The notes beneath the pieces were generated by a model that saw nothing but the letters and a program-made list of their open reading frames with translations, did not search any database and was not told where the DNA came from. A stretch of DNA of 64,000 nucleotides from Lepidodermella squamata (lineage: Eukaryota > Animalia > Gastrotricha). The translations under genes were made by a program, and so were the position numbers. Positions 47,177-59,963 of the stretch are shown piece after piece; the stretch's first letter is position 1, and the number at the start of each line of letters is the position of its first letter. Where the stretch lies: positions 186,001-250,000 of the forward strand of contig JBLDXI010000025.1 in NCBI GenBank assembly GCA_047495785.1. The letters run 5' to 3'.

Positions 47177-50100
47177 ATGAACAATGTTGTTAGGATGGCG
47201 CGCCAGACCGGCGCTTCAGCCGGTTCCGCTGCCTCGACGCAGGGCGGCTCCAGCAACGCCCTCACAGCAGCGGCTGCGAATTCGGGCTCGTTAGGCGAAA
47301 AGGCCCGCCGCTCCAAGGGCATCAACATCCCCGGTATCACCAACAACTCACGGTCACTGTTCATTTTCTCCGAGGACAACTTCATCCGCAAGTACGCGAA
47401 GGCCATCATTGAATGGGGGTGAGTATTCTATGCAGTAAGATTTATGAGCAAATCAATTTCAATCTATATTCTTAGGCCATTCGAGTACATGGTTTTACTG
47501 ACCATTATCGCGAACTGCATAGTGTTAGCCTTGGAGAAGCATTTGCCGCGGGATGACAAAACACCGCTGAGTTTGCAGCTCGAGGAGACCGAAATATACT
47601 TTTTAGTTATTTTCTGCGTCGAAGCCACATTCAAAATAACAGCTCTTGGCTTTCTGTTCCACAAGGGTGCGTACCTACGCAACATGTGGAACATCATGGA
47701 TTTCATCGTAGTGTTCACCGGCCTGCTCACCGTTGTCTACTCAAGCTCGAGCTCTTTCGATCTGCGAACCCTGCGTGCTGTTCGCGTGCTCCGACCGCTC
47801 AAGCTCGTCTCAGGAATTCCAAGTGAGTTCAACCTAAAGTTACTTGACTTACTATGATTTTCCCAGTTACCGTCAGCTTCTTCATTACCTCTTGTTTTTT
47901 AAAATAGGTTTGCAAGTTGTGCTCAAGTCGATCATCCGTGCGATGGCGCCGTTGATGCAAATCGCGCTGCTGGTCATGTTCGCCATTCTCATATTCGCTA
48001 TCATCGGCCTCGAGTTCTACAACGGCATTTTCCACCAGACGTGCATGACGAACGACACGGGCGAAATACCGCCCGAGATTATCCAGCCGACGCCGTGCAA
48101 CACGGCGGTGGGCTGTTCGAACAACCGCACCAAGTGCCAGGCGTTCTGGATCGGGCCCAACTACGGCATCACGTCGTTCGACAACATCGGCTTCGCCATG
48201 CTCACCGTCTTCCAGTGCATAACCATGGAGGGCTGGACCAACGTCATGTATTGGACGAACGACGCTGTCGGTTCGACGCTCAGCTGGATCTACTTCGTCC
48301 CGCTCATTGTTATCGGCTCATTCTTCATGCTCAACTTGGTACTCGGTGTCCTCAGCGGGTATTAAGCTTCTTCCTTCTGTTATCTACAATTCTGATAATT
48401 TTTCTAAATTTCAGTGAATTCGCAAAGGAGAGAGAACGTGTAGAAAAACGGCGTGAATTTTTGAAAATGCGCCGAGCCCAACAAATAGAGCTCGAACTCA
48501 ACGGCTACCTCGACTGGATAATGAAGGCCGAGGAGGTTATTCTCAACGAGGATAAGACCACGGACGAGGAGAAAATGCGCATCATTGAAGCGAGACGGCG
48601 GGCGGCAGCCAGGCGAATAAAACAAATGCGCGACGGTCTGACCAAAGACCGGTCTCATTCTGTTGAACGCGCCGATGGCCCTGGGGAGGATGGTGACGAC
48701 GCAGGTGCGGGGGATCCGCTCAACCGCCGCAACGAGTCTCTAACCGCGCTAACTGTCGGCCCAGGTTACGAAGGCCGTAGGTCTTCAGTCGCTGCGTTGA
48801 GGAACAAGCGAAAAACTGAGCAGCATGGTTGCTGCCAGCGCATTTGCTGCTTTTCTGCGATTGCCGAGCGGCGGTTGCGGATGCGGCTGCGTCGCATGGT
48901 CAAAACACAGTACTGGTTCTGGATCGTGATTGTTCTCGTCTTTCTCAACACTTTCTGCCTCGCTGTCGAGCACTACGGTCAGCCTGAGTGGCTAGATGAA
49001 TTCCTAAGTAAGTTTCTTTATCTGAGAGATGTGATTCGGTTATAATCCTGAAATCCTGCGATGAATTCCCACCCTGTTTTGCTCAGAGCTAATTGTGGGT
49101 TTTCTTCATTACAGAGTACGCTGAGTACATCTTTCTTTCACTGTTTATGCTGGAAACGGTTGTGCCCATGTACGCCGTCGGGCCGCGAATCTTCTTCCAA
49201 TCAACGTTCCGCCTCTTCGATACAGTTGTTATTTTCTGTTCGCTGTTCGAAGTCGTGTGGAGCGAGTACTACGTCGACGACTCGTTCGGTTTCTCCGTGC
49301 TGAGGTCGTTGCGTTTACTTCGCATATTCAAGCTTACCCGCCACTGGTCATCACTGCGCAACTTGGTCATATCGCTGATGAATTCGATGCGCTCGATCGT
49401 ATCGCTGCTGTTCTTGCTCTTTCTGTTCATTCTCATCTTCGCCCTGCTCGGCATGCAAGTCTTCGGCGGCAAGTGGAACTTCCCCGAGGGCAGGCCGGCT
49501 GCCAACTTCGATACTTTTCCCATCGCCATGCTCACCGTTTTCCAGATCCTCACGGGCGAGGACTGGAATGAAGTGCTGTACTATGGCATTCAATCTATGG
49601 GCGGAGTCGATAGAGGCGGCATGATTTTCTCCGTCTATTTCGTAGTCCTGGTGCTTTTCGGCAATTGTACGTTTTGATTAAGCCTAAATGATTTGGAATC
49701 TTGAGCATTTTTTACAGACACACTGCTTAACGTCTTCTTGGCTATCGCCGTCGATAACTTGGGCAATGCCCGTGAGTTGACTGCTGCTGAGGAAGCCCAA
49801 AAGGCTCAAGAAGAAGCGGTAAGAAAAACAGCTTTCTCTTTTTATTTTGTTAATGCTAAATTTCTTTACAGGAAAGGAAAGCTGCAGAGGCTATTGTAAG
49901 TTTTTTGCAAGTCATAAGTACCTGTTAGATATTACTTGTTTATTCCGCTCGATCAGGCTAAGGGAGAAGATCCTAATGCGATCCAAATGTGAGTAATTTC
50001 CTTTCGTAAAGTCTGGCGGAAAATCAATGTCTTCGGTTCTAGAGACGAGGAGAAGGCGGATGAAAAAGAAGAAGAAGAGAGTCCTCTCGGTGGCCCTCGA

Positions 50101-53100
50101 GCTATGCTGCCCGTGTCTACCTGTTTCCTGTTCGGCCCCACCAATCCGTAAGAAAGATAAATAAGCGAAAAGCAATACAAATAATTTGTTTTCTGTAGAA
50201 TTCGGCGTTTTTGCCATTGGATTGTCACACTGCGCTACTTCGATCTTTTCATTATGATCGTTATCGGCGCGTCAAGTATATCACTTGCGGCCGAAGATCC
50301 AGTCGAAGAGGGCTCTTTCCGTAACATCATTCTTGGCTACGTCGATTACATCTTCACCGGAGTGTTCACCGTCGAAATGCTGCTCAAAATGCTGGATCTA
50401 GGCCTTGTCTGCCACAAAGGCGCATATTTTCGCGATTTGTGGAATTTCTTAGATGCAATTGTCGTTATCTGCGCATTGATCGGATTCGCTTTCAAGTAAG
50501 TTTTCTGCAGCCTGTATATAAAATCAATTTTTAACGAACTGCTTCAACTCTAACAGCGCTGGTGGAAGGTTACAAATTTTCTTAATTTAGCCGTGATATA
50601 GATAGCGGATAATGATCCTAGATCATTAAATCCTCGTTTTTACCCCAAATTTAGTTGTATAAAATTTATGCACGGCCCTTAAAATGGCTGACGTTGTAAG
50701 CTGAAAAGAATTTTTCGCATGCCCTTTCAATTTCCGTTGATGTAAGTGTAAATATTCGCCCACCAGACACAATTTAGACTCGAGCAGTTTCGATCCATCG
50801 GCCATCCATCGACAGTAAATAGAAATCGCTTCGGATTGAAAGAGTGCTCTGCGTTCCTGACCAATTTCTACTACAAAAAATCGCTTTTGACTCTCATTAA
50901 TCGCACCTATTTTTCAGTTTGAACTGTAGCTGTGTGTTATCTTTTACTCACCTATCGCTTTTTTGATCACGATTTTTCGAATGTGTGGACTCACGTTTTT
51001 CTTGATTTTCCAGTGATCATGGCGGGGCCGGTAAGAACTTGAACACAATCAAATCACTGCGAGTTCTTCGCGTCTTACGACCTCTCAAAACTATAAACCG
51101 AGTTCCCAAGCTCAAAGCTGTGTTCGACTGCGTTGTCAACTCGCTGAAGAACGTCATGAACATCTTGATCGTCTACCTGCTCTTCCAATTTATTTTCGCC
51201 TGCGTCGCTATCCAACTTTTCAAAGGCAAATTTTTCTTCTGCACGGACGAGTCGAAAACCAACCCTGAAGAGTGTCAAGGCGAATTCTTCGTCTACGATC
51301 TCAAAGACCCGATGCCTAGGGTGGAAAAACGGCTGTGGAGAAGGACGGATTTCCACTACGACAATTTGATAGCCGCAATGTTGACTCTGTTCACGGTGAC
51401 GACGGGCGAGGGCTGGCCGCAAGTTCTCAAATCATCGATGGATGCGACTCGTGAAGGCTTTGGCCCAGTGCCAGGCTACCGCATGGAAATGGCCATCTTT
51501 TACATAGTCTTCTTCATCGTCTTTCCCTTCTTCTTCGTCAACATCTTCGTCGCCTTGATTATCATCACCTTCCAGGAGCAGGGCGAGACAGAGTTGGAAA
51601 GCCATGAAATCGACAAAAACCAGAAGCGGTGTATCGAATTCGCGATTAACGCTAGGCCGTTGTGTAGGTACATGCCTGCGGATAAAAATTCGATAAAATA
51701 TCGAATATGGCGGCTGGTCGTCTCGGCGCCGTTCGAGTACTTTATCATGGTCATGATTTCAATGAACACTATCATTCTGATGATGAAAAGCTTTCAACGA
51801 GAAGAGTCCTCTGCAGCGAAAATGTACGAGTTTGCGTTAGGTCGCGTCAACCAAGCTTTCACGTCCATGTTCACGCTGGAATGCATTCTCAAACTTATAG
51901 CATTCGGAATTAAGGTAAAAGGCAAATTGTTGAGCCAGTAAATGCTCTGAACCCTTATTTTTAGAATTATTTTCGAGACGTGTGGAACGGCTTCGATTTC
52001 ATCACCGTGGTTGGATCTATCACTGACGTGCTGGTGCAGGAATTCGGCAAAAATTTCATCAACCTCGGATTTCTGAGACTCTTCAGAGCAGCTCGCCTAA
52101 TTAAGCTGCTTCGATTGGGAGGCACCATTCGAATCTTGCTGTGGACCTTCGTTCAATCTTTCAAAGCCCTGCCTTACGTCTGTCTGCTGATTGGCATGCT
52201 GTTTTTCATTTATGCTGTAATGCTTTTTGCATTTACTCTTTATCTCGGTTTTTACTTGTTTTTATTTTTCAGATAATCGGGATGCAAGTGTTTGGGAATA
52301 TAGCTCTAGATGAGACGGGTGTTTCTCAGATAAATCGGCATAACAACTTCCGAAATTTCTTCACCGGCCTACTACTGCTGTTTAGATGTGCCACGGGCGA
52401 GTCTTGGCAGCTGATAATGCTGAGCTGTTTGAGTGGCCGGCCTTGCGATCCGCTCGCCATTCAAACCCCGGGCCAAACCTGCGGTCAAGATGTGGTCGCC
52501 TATCTGTACTTCGTCACCTTCGTATTTCTGTCGACATTCCTTATGCTGAATTTATTCGTCGCCGTCATTATGGATAATTTCGATTATCTTACAAGAGATT
52601 CCTCAATTTTGGGACCACATCACCTTGACGAGTACATTCGAGTGTGGTCTGATTACGATCCTGCTGCTACGTAAGTTTAGGATTTGAAGTTTATTGAGAA
52701 TCACTAAGTTTTCTTTGCTTTCAGTGGCCGCATTCATTACAGCGAGATGTACGAACTGTTGAAGAACCTTGAGCCGCCAGTCGGTTTCGGCAAGAACTGC
52801 CCGGCAAAATTAGCCTACCGAAAGTTGATTCGCATGAACATGCCAGTAGCAGAGGATCAGACTGTCCAGTTCAACACAACACTTTTCGCGCTGATTCGCG
52901 AGTCGCTGAAGATCAAAATGGGCGAGGCAGAAATGATGGACCGCAAAGACGAGGAGCTGCGGCAGACCATCTACAAGCTGTGGCCGATTCAGTCGAAGAA
53001 AATGGTCAAGATGCTCGTACCACCGACTGAGGAACTAAGCACGCAACGACTTACTGTCGGGAAGATCTACGGCGGTTTGATGATCCTAGAAAACTGGCAT

Positions 53101-55545
53101 CAGTACAAGCAATGCAAAGCGTCAGGATTCAAAGTGGTTAGTTATAACTGTCATCTGTATTTTAATCATTTAGGAAGCGCAAACCTGAAGTCAGATTTGG
53201 CAAACTAAAGGAGCCTTAGCTTTTAGACAAATTGATGCCTCAAGTCTTGAAGTGATGACAGTTACCTCTGAAAATTATCGAAATCGGTTGAAGATTCCAG
53301 TGGACTTTAATTGCCTCTTTGATATAGCAGCCATTCCGAAGCATCATTCCTAGCATATTGCTAGCAGATGCTATGTGCAGAGTAAGAAATATCTTCAAGG
53401 AAAGCATGTCACGAAACATCGTTTTACAATCAATTTAGCCAAGCATGACTGTGTGGGCCTGAAACGGCCATTATTTGAATTGCGAGTGTATATTTCATGA
53501 TTAGCAGCAACTCCCTTAGCTTTGTAGCGCTGTTTCCTTTGTTTTGAAACAAATTAACGATAATTTTCTGACTGCTTTACCAACAGAAGCCTGTATCGCT
53601 TTTCGATCGAATCGTGGATGTCATGTGGCAGCATTCTCCAACTCACCCCGAGGCACCACGTCCTGGGAGCACTGGCTTATCGCCAATGACCAGTGATCCT
53701 TACGCACCTGTGCACATGCCACAGCCGTTTTCATTCCTACGCCAACGCTCGCCACAAACCACTCCATCGCGAGAGCATGCGCCATCGATGACGCCCGTTA
53801 TCAAAATTCCTCTCCAACCTGGTTTACCAGATGGCACTCAGTTATCAGCAACTCTGGCTAGTGTTCAATCTGTGTCCCAGGAAAAGCTCAATACCGCTGT
53901 ATCCCTGAGGCCGTGTATTTCTGGTCAGCCATCAACTATTGTCACGCAGTTGGTTGAAGTCATTCCGGAACAAACCGCTACCTTGAGACCTGAGCCGCCG
54001 AAACATTCTAGAGGTCGGAAGCTACCTGTTCCAGGAGACCAATCAGGATCATCATCGTCTCCAACCTCCACTATGCCTGTTCGAAGACCTGGACGAAATC
54101 TACCCACCCCTGCGGTGATGGCCCCGCCCCCTCAGCCTCCGACGAATTCGGTCAGCCCAATAATCAGTGAAGTTCAGCAACAATATCAACCGCAGCAGCA
54201 ACAGCAACAACAGCAGCAGCCGCCGCAGCCACAACCTCAACTGCCTATTAGAAAATCAAGGCGGTCTATCGTGCCGGAGCCGCCACCAATGGCCCCGCTG
54301 TCTCAAGTGATAACTATGCCTCAAGCAACTCAACAAATCAGTTTATCGACAGTCGTAGTTCCAAGTACAACCCCAGCCCCGGTTCAAGTGCCGCCGAACA
54401 CAGCGGTTGTTACTCAACTACCGCAACAAACTACGTCATTCATCGTCCCGCCGCAACGCCCAACGGAATTGACCCCGGGCGTAAGGCTACTGCCTCAGAT
54501 AGAAGGGGGGCGCATCTTGGCTGCGAAACACAGCCAGCGATTCAGTAACGTAGTATCGCCGTCGACAACCTGGGGGGCGTCAGCATCGTTTGGGGGCGCT
54601 GGGCAAACGAGGATGCTTCCGTCAGTACCTCCGACCCGGTCAAACAGCCACCAAGCTGAGGTGAGAACTGGTCGTCGACGGCTTCCTGTTGTCAGGGGGA
54701 AAACGGTACTACCAGCAGCTGAAGTTGGCCGAGATCCGACTCACGAGCGAGGAATTCTGTTTAAAAGCGCATCGCTCGAGACGAGGTCTAGGAGTCCGTC
54801 TCCTTCTCGCATTGTTCCATCCTGGACTCAGCCGTGCCTGGACGAGGCCCCACTCACCGAACCTTATTATCTCGCTGCTTCGAATTCTACAGGCGATGAG
54901 TGGTGGGTGTCAACGAATGACGTTGGTGGGGACACTTCATCCTGCAGCCCGTTACTTGCTGCATCGCGGCGAAGGCTGCTCCCCACTCCAGGCCGAGTGA
55001 TTCCATCTGCAATCGGTTTCCGACGGCGTATGCCCACTGCTCCACCGATACCTCTCTCGAAATCAAGCCACGGTACTTTCGTGACAAGCAACGAATCTTC
55101 ATCGTCGTCTGACGCGATGATCGGAACCGGGATCCTGCCATCAGCTATTGCTCCCGGGATCCCCGCCGTGTCACCCGGGTATAATTTGCCTCGATTACTC
55201 CCGTCACCCACTGCTGTCAAGCGAATGCAGTTGACGAAGCAGATAAATCATCAGCAAGCTGTGCGCCAGCTTCCTGAAATTCCCATCACGTCGTCCGGGT
55301 CGGGTTCTGGGTCAAGCGGAGGCAGGCGATTGCCCGATGTCGCCAGGGTGAAGCAAGAGGCGACCCTCAGGAAACAGCGGACTATGGACGAATCTGCTCT
55401 TTCGATGGCGGTGGCGCCGTCGCCGATCAAAACAATGCGGGTTGTAGCTACGAGCTCGACAACAAAACCACCTGGAATTTCAGTAATATCTCTGCTTCCC
55501 AGCGACTCTGATGAAGGTGATGACGATGAGGTCGACTGGTTTTGA
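47177..55545 (+). CDS. Cav2: Voltage-gated calcium channel Cav2 alpha1 subunit (cacophony/UNC-2/CACNA1A-B-E ortholog), multi-exon
   Basis: [27 protein letters not shown]; four S4 repeats; EEEE filter (TMEGW, TGEDW, TGEGW, TGESW); [23 protein letters not shown]; [11 protein letters not shown]; IQ region [14 protein letters not shown]; C-terminus DDDEVDWF. Confidence 0.97.
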
Positions 55546-56236
55546 TTTTTCGTTCTCTTCATGTAGATAGGATGAAGCCTGCCAGTTTATCTGATGTGCT
55601 GCGATTCATTCGTAGCGCCTCTTCTTGTTATTATATTTTTCTGTGTTCTCCAGTGTAGCATCGTTTTCGCGAGTTACGATGCAAAACGGGTATTTGAATC
55701 AAATGCTGCGATTATAATGAAATAAATATAAAAGAATCCAATGAAATGGTCAATTTTTTCGCAATTCATAAATGGTTATTTGCCTCGCGAGTCTTTGTAT
55801 GCTTGTGTTATCGCTTCTCGTTGAGAGAGAAGCCCAAGAAATCGCCCGAAGGCTCATTGAATGTTCCCACGCACGGAAATCTTTAGTAAAAGGCGAAAGA
55901 TTTGTTCGTTTTGCGCGGAAACCAGAGTAATTAGACGACTGTTTTTCAAACATTTGGACCTTGCCGATTCAAGGTCAGGCGAGTGGCTCGTGTCATTTGA
56001 ATATTCATCTGTCAATTGCGCATTTCAGCTTCATCATCTGCTCAATAGTTTGAAACAGCACGAACTGGTGCTACTAAATTCGTCGGCTAGCTATTTGCCT
56101 ATTGAAACGAAAGCGAGACTAACCGTTCGACAAATGCTTGCAACAACCTACTCAACCGTCAAGTTGCTCGGGCCAGACGGCGGTGCTGAAGGAAAATCTG
56201 CCGGCAGTAATGCACTCTGCGTCTGAGACCACATCT

Positions 56237-56310
56237 GGCCGCTTAGCTCAGTTGGTTAGAGCGTCGTGCTAATAACGCGAAAGTCGTGAGCTCGATCCTC
56301 CCAGTGGCTA
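56237..56310 (+). tRNA. tRNA-Ile(AAT), T arm degenerate (possible pseudogene)
   Basis: GGCCGCTTAGCTCAGTTGGTTAGAGC, anticodon arm TCGTG-CTAATAA-CGCGA. The T loop reads CTCGATC and the T stem is mismatched. Confidence 0.7.
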
Positions 56311-56338
56311 CACGATGTTTTTGGCTTTTGGCTCTATA

Positions 56339-56454
56339 CAGGGCGTTCGCGTAATAATACTCTGCTAAAAATAGCTTTACTACTTTTTGCATTCGTTTTA
56401 GCTTTTTTGTAGCTATTTTTAGCTCACCCAGAGTATTATTACGCGAACGCGCTG
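56339..56454. mobile_element. Tc1/mariner-type MITE with TA target-site duplication
   Basis: TA-CAGGGCGTTCGCGTAATAATACTCTG ... CAGAGTATTATTACGCGAACGCGCTG-TA. Confidence 0.85.
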
Positions 56455-56546
56455 TACTGAGAGGAGACTCTATACAGGAAAGTCAACAAGCGGGCGTTCA
56501 ACAAGCACATTTTTTATTCCAAAAAATTGCAGAAAATCGTAAGATT

Positions 56547-57359
56547 TCAGTCCAAGTCACACTGGTAGCAGTCAAACGACTTGTCATTGATACAATCACG
56601 CAAGTAGGACAAGTCAGCTAAGTAACAACTGCACTTGTGACCAAGTCCGCAATGATAGAACCGTTCGCTGATAACCGATCCATCATCATCTTTGCATTGT
56701 GAATTGAAGTTCTCGCCAAAGCCGCAGTCGCACAAATGCCACCTCGTCATGCCTCGCTGATTATAGCCATTGTTCTTCATAGCCTTTATCAGTTCGAAGT
56801 ATACGCCCTCGCGAGTTGAATTGCTTCGAGCCAGTGACAAAGCTGTAACCTGCTTTGATTGATCGAACGCCGCGCCGGTTATCTGGGTGTTTGTGCCGAG
56901 TTCATGTAACTTTTCAACTGTATCGAGATGATTGCCTTCAACGGCCAGCATCAGCGGAGTCCAACCAACAGTGTTTTGGGAGTCAAGATCCGCGCCTTTC
57001 TCAGCAAGATACGCCACGACATCTGTAAAACCTTCGGCTGCAGCTCTAGCTAGCGGGCTGAAACCTTCTCGGTCCTTGGCATTAACAACAGCTCCAAAAG
57101 TAATCAGAGTTCTAACAGCTTCAAAGTTGCCGAGACTGGCAGCGTAAGTTAGCGGTAACGCGCCATCCTCCAGTCGGTGAGCGACAACACTTGCTTCTTC
57201 CACGAATATGAGACGGAGAATCATACTGACGTTGTTGGCGTCAATTGCCGTGAAAAGATCGGCGTTGAAATTTCGACCAGTTGCAGGAAGGCGGCACGTG
57301 AATTTCTCACTGCCATAGTCGATGCATTGTCGGCGGTAGTTCGCGTCACCGATCGCACA
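56547..57359 (-). CDS. Ankyrin-repeat protein with Cys-rich N- and C-terminal segments (putative signal-peptide exon about 57418-57480 lacks an ATG)
   Basis: GALPLTYAASLGN, GFSPLARAAAEGF and GWTPLMLAVEGNH ankyrin repeats; Cys-rich tail of 9 cysteines. Confidence 0.75.
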   Translation of the reverse strand, partial: CAIGDANYRRQCIDYGSEKFTCRLPATGRNFNADLFTAIDANNVSMILRLIFVEEASVVAHRLEDGALPLTYAASLGNFEAVRTLITFGAVVNAKDREGFSPLARAAAEGFTDVVAYLAEKGADLDSQNTVGWTPLMLAVEGNHLDTVEKLHELGTNTQITGAAFDQSKQVTALSLARSNSTREGVYFELIKAMKNNGYNQRGMTRWHLCDCGFGENFNSQCKDDDGSVISERFYHCGLGHKCSCYLADLSYLRDCINDKSFDCYQCDLD

Positions 57360-57520
57360 CTGCAGATATAAAAAAGGTAAAGTAGGCCCACTCTACTAAA
57401 TTCCTTAAACTTCTTACCAAACGTGTTTTCAGTACAAAAATAGAAAAAAATATGAATCGAATAGGAATTTTCTTCTTTATAGGGAATTTCTTACAAATTT
57501 GAAATTCGGTCGATCATTTA

Positions 57521-58378
57521 TCACAACGAAAAGGAACGTACAGAGCAGTCAGGATAACTGCCGCAGTGGAAAGTGTCGAAGGTTTTGTCGTCGAAACAGT
57601 GCTGTTTGATGTATTGTTTGCCATAAGAACAGTTGCACAGGTGAAAGTCAGCGAGATCGTCCGTCTCGGGAACGCAACGAACATTGACCCACCAGTTAGC
57701 GGACCAAGAGCATTTAACATGGTAGTCGTTTGGATTGCCTTGAAGCAGCTTGTAGCCAGGGTCGCATTCAACGTAACGGTAAGAGCGATAGCTTGAAGAC
57801 CCGGGCAGCACTTTCCCGTTCGCAACAGTCGGTGGCAAACCACATGAAGCCGCTAAAGGGAGAAATCACAGACTTCAATATAAAGCAAGTAATTTATTAG
57901 AAGAATCGTGAATCGTCATAATAATATAAAGGATTTTAAAATAAAAAAGATAGGAGATAGGCAGAAACTCAGCGAAATTTTGAGCAATCTAGGAATAAAT
58001 AAATTCGATAATAATTTCATATTTTCCTCAAATTCTGTGGAGATTCTATAGCTTCTCTGAATTTTCGAATTCTGAAAACAACTCGAGTGTCTTACGTGCA
58101 CAGAAGCCGTTTATCTGCCACTTGTTATTGCTGTTGCAAACAAGTACCGGCCAGCCTTCGAAATGGTAACCCTTGTCACAGATGATTTTCAGCTCTTGTT
58201 CGCCGCTGCACTGGCCACCTTCGATGCGCCCATTGACTATCTCAGGGAGATCTTCACTGCATCGCCGTGAGTACGAATAGCTCCGCTTCGCTTTATCGCT
58301 TTGGGTTTCATTCAACGCATTGGCACCGAGGGCCGCAATAAAGATAATAAGAGTAAAAATCACCGCGAAATTGACCAT
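57521..58378 (-). CDS. Secreted protein with two sushi/CCP domains and a Cys-rich tail; exons 58096-58378 and 57521-57852
   Basis: Signal peptide; C..LPEIVNG..CDKGYHFEG..C..W..C and CGLPPTVANG..CDPGYKL..C..W..C. Confidence 0.85.
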
Positions 58379-58749
58379 TTTTGTTATTTACGAGAAAAGG
58401 AACATTCCCAGCGGTTTAAAAGGGTAATGCTTATTACAACATCTGCAAATAAAAATGGCGTCGAACTATTGTAACGCGCGTTACGCCAAACAGAATGACA
58501 CTTGCAAAACGTGGGACACGTGTCACGCCAAATTTTTAAACATAAGAAACCACATTGAAAGAGAACATTTTCAACCTCTCAGCTAACATTTAAAACAAAA
58601 CGCTGATCAACTTCTATAAGAGTCATATATCAAATTTATTTGACTTTTCCATTTCTGATCCTGAGGAGATTCCAAAGAATTAAACTAAACTGCCTTGATT
58701 AAAAGCGACTTGAGGTAAGTGAAAGTGAAAAATCGGATGAAAAAGAGGT

Positions 58750-59290
58750 TCAACCTTCGACGAGCAGCGTATTCGTTTGCGATCGGTATTGCGCACAATT
58801 GTTGCGAGTGCTGACTTGCCGCGCGTACTTCGGTAGGCAGAAGGTGCTCACCACATGTACAAATACTTCCTTGGCGTAGTCGCACCACCGATAGGCCAGT
58901 ATACGCTGAACCAAGTCCGTGCAGTTGGGCCGCCGCAAGAATTGTCGCTCGAAAAGGGTCTAAAAACATATGAAATTGAAATAATATTTAAGATTTCGTG
59001 ATAAAATTGAAGAAAAAATTATGATTTCTCCTGTAGGCTTATTCACGTACCGAGGCAGCGCGCTCGTCAAATCCAGAATTAAGATGCTTGAAACGCCACA
59101 TTGGGTCAAGACCGCCGTTATTATCTACGGCCCGCCTCTCCAGCTCAGCGACTTCGATGTTAGAATCCACTGCGAACAATTGATCGGATAGTGTGTTGTC
59201 ATCGTCATCGGCATCGATGATCGTAAGCGCAGAGCTCAATTTCATCCCCGATAAAATAATAGAAATTATTAAGTAGTGACAGTTCGCCAT
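58750..59290 (-). CDS. Unknown secreted prepropeptide A (4-Cys C-terminal domain); exons 59051-59290 and 58750-58959
   Basis: Signal peptide, acidic pro-region, RR sites; phase-0 intron; paralogous to the neighbouring gene. Confidence 0.75.
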
Positions 59291-59963
59291 TTACTAGAAA
59301 CAATGAAATAGAGATAATGGACTAATAAATTAATTATTTGCGATTCATACAATTTTTAGTTTGGTATTCGTTCAATTTTTCGGTTCAAAGGACGCGCGGG
59401 TAAATTTGGTTAAAAATGCATGCTGTCTTGGCCTTGGCATCGGTCTGCGAGAGCCTCGAAAAACGGGTTTTTAATGGGTGGCGGGATTTTATCATCACGT
59501 CACGTATGTCATCTTCAATTTATGGCCGTGTTTAGTTGCCTCACGGCTTACTGGCCGCTTTTTATGTTTGTTTTTCTTTGCTATGGGACTGGATTAAGAT
59601 AGCCATAATGCGATAACTCCTCGGGTTTACCAGGTGGTAGCCTAAAGAAAGGGCCAATTCAAATATTCTGGAACTAATTACAATCAGGCCTGAGCTGTAA
59701 TAAGGGACTAATTGTTTTGTCGACTGAGCCGAAAAATGACGGAAAACGATTACCAATTTTTACTGCATAGCAAGATTTTATTTCAAACGCATCTCGGCCT
59801 CATTCAAACCGCAGAGCAACGAAAACCTGAAAACTTTATTGCACAAAATTTATCCCGGCCCGATTTTATACCTTACAGACACGCGCCACAAAAACTTGAA
59901 TATCTTTGCGAAATATAGTATTGAGTTCGAAAAGCGATTTTCTGAGATGAATTTTCCTCAAAG

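Noticed and set aside
55750-56226. 121-aa ORF downstream of Cav2
   Set aside because: No recognisable similarity or gene structure.
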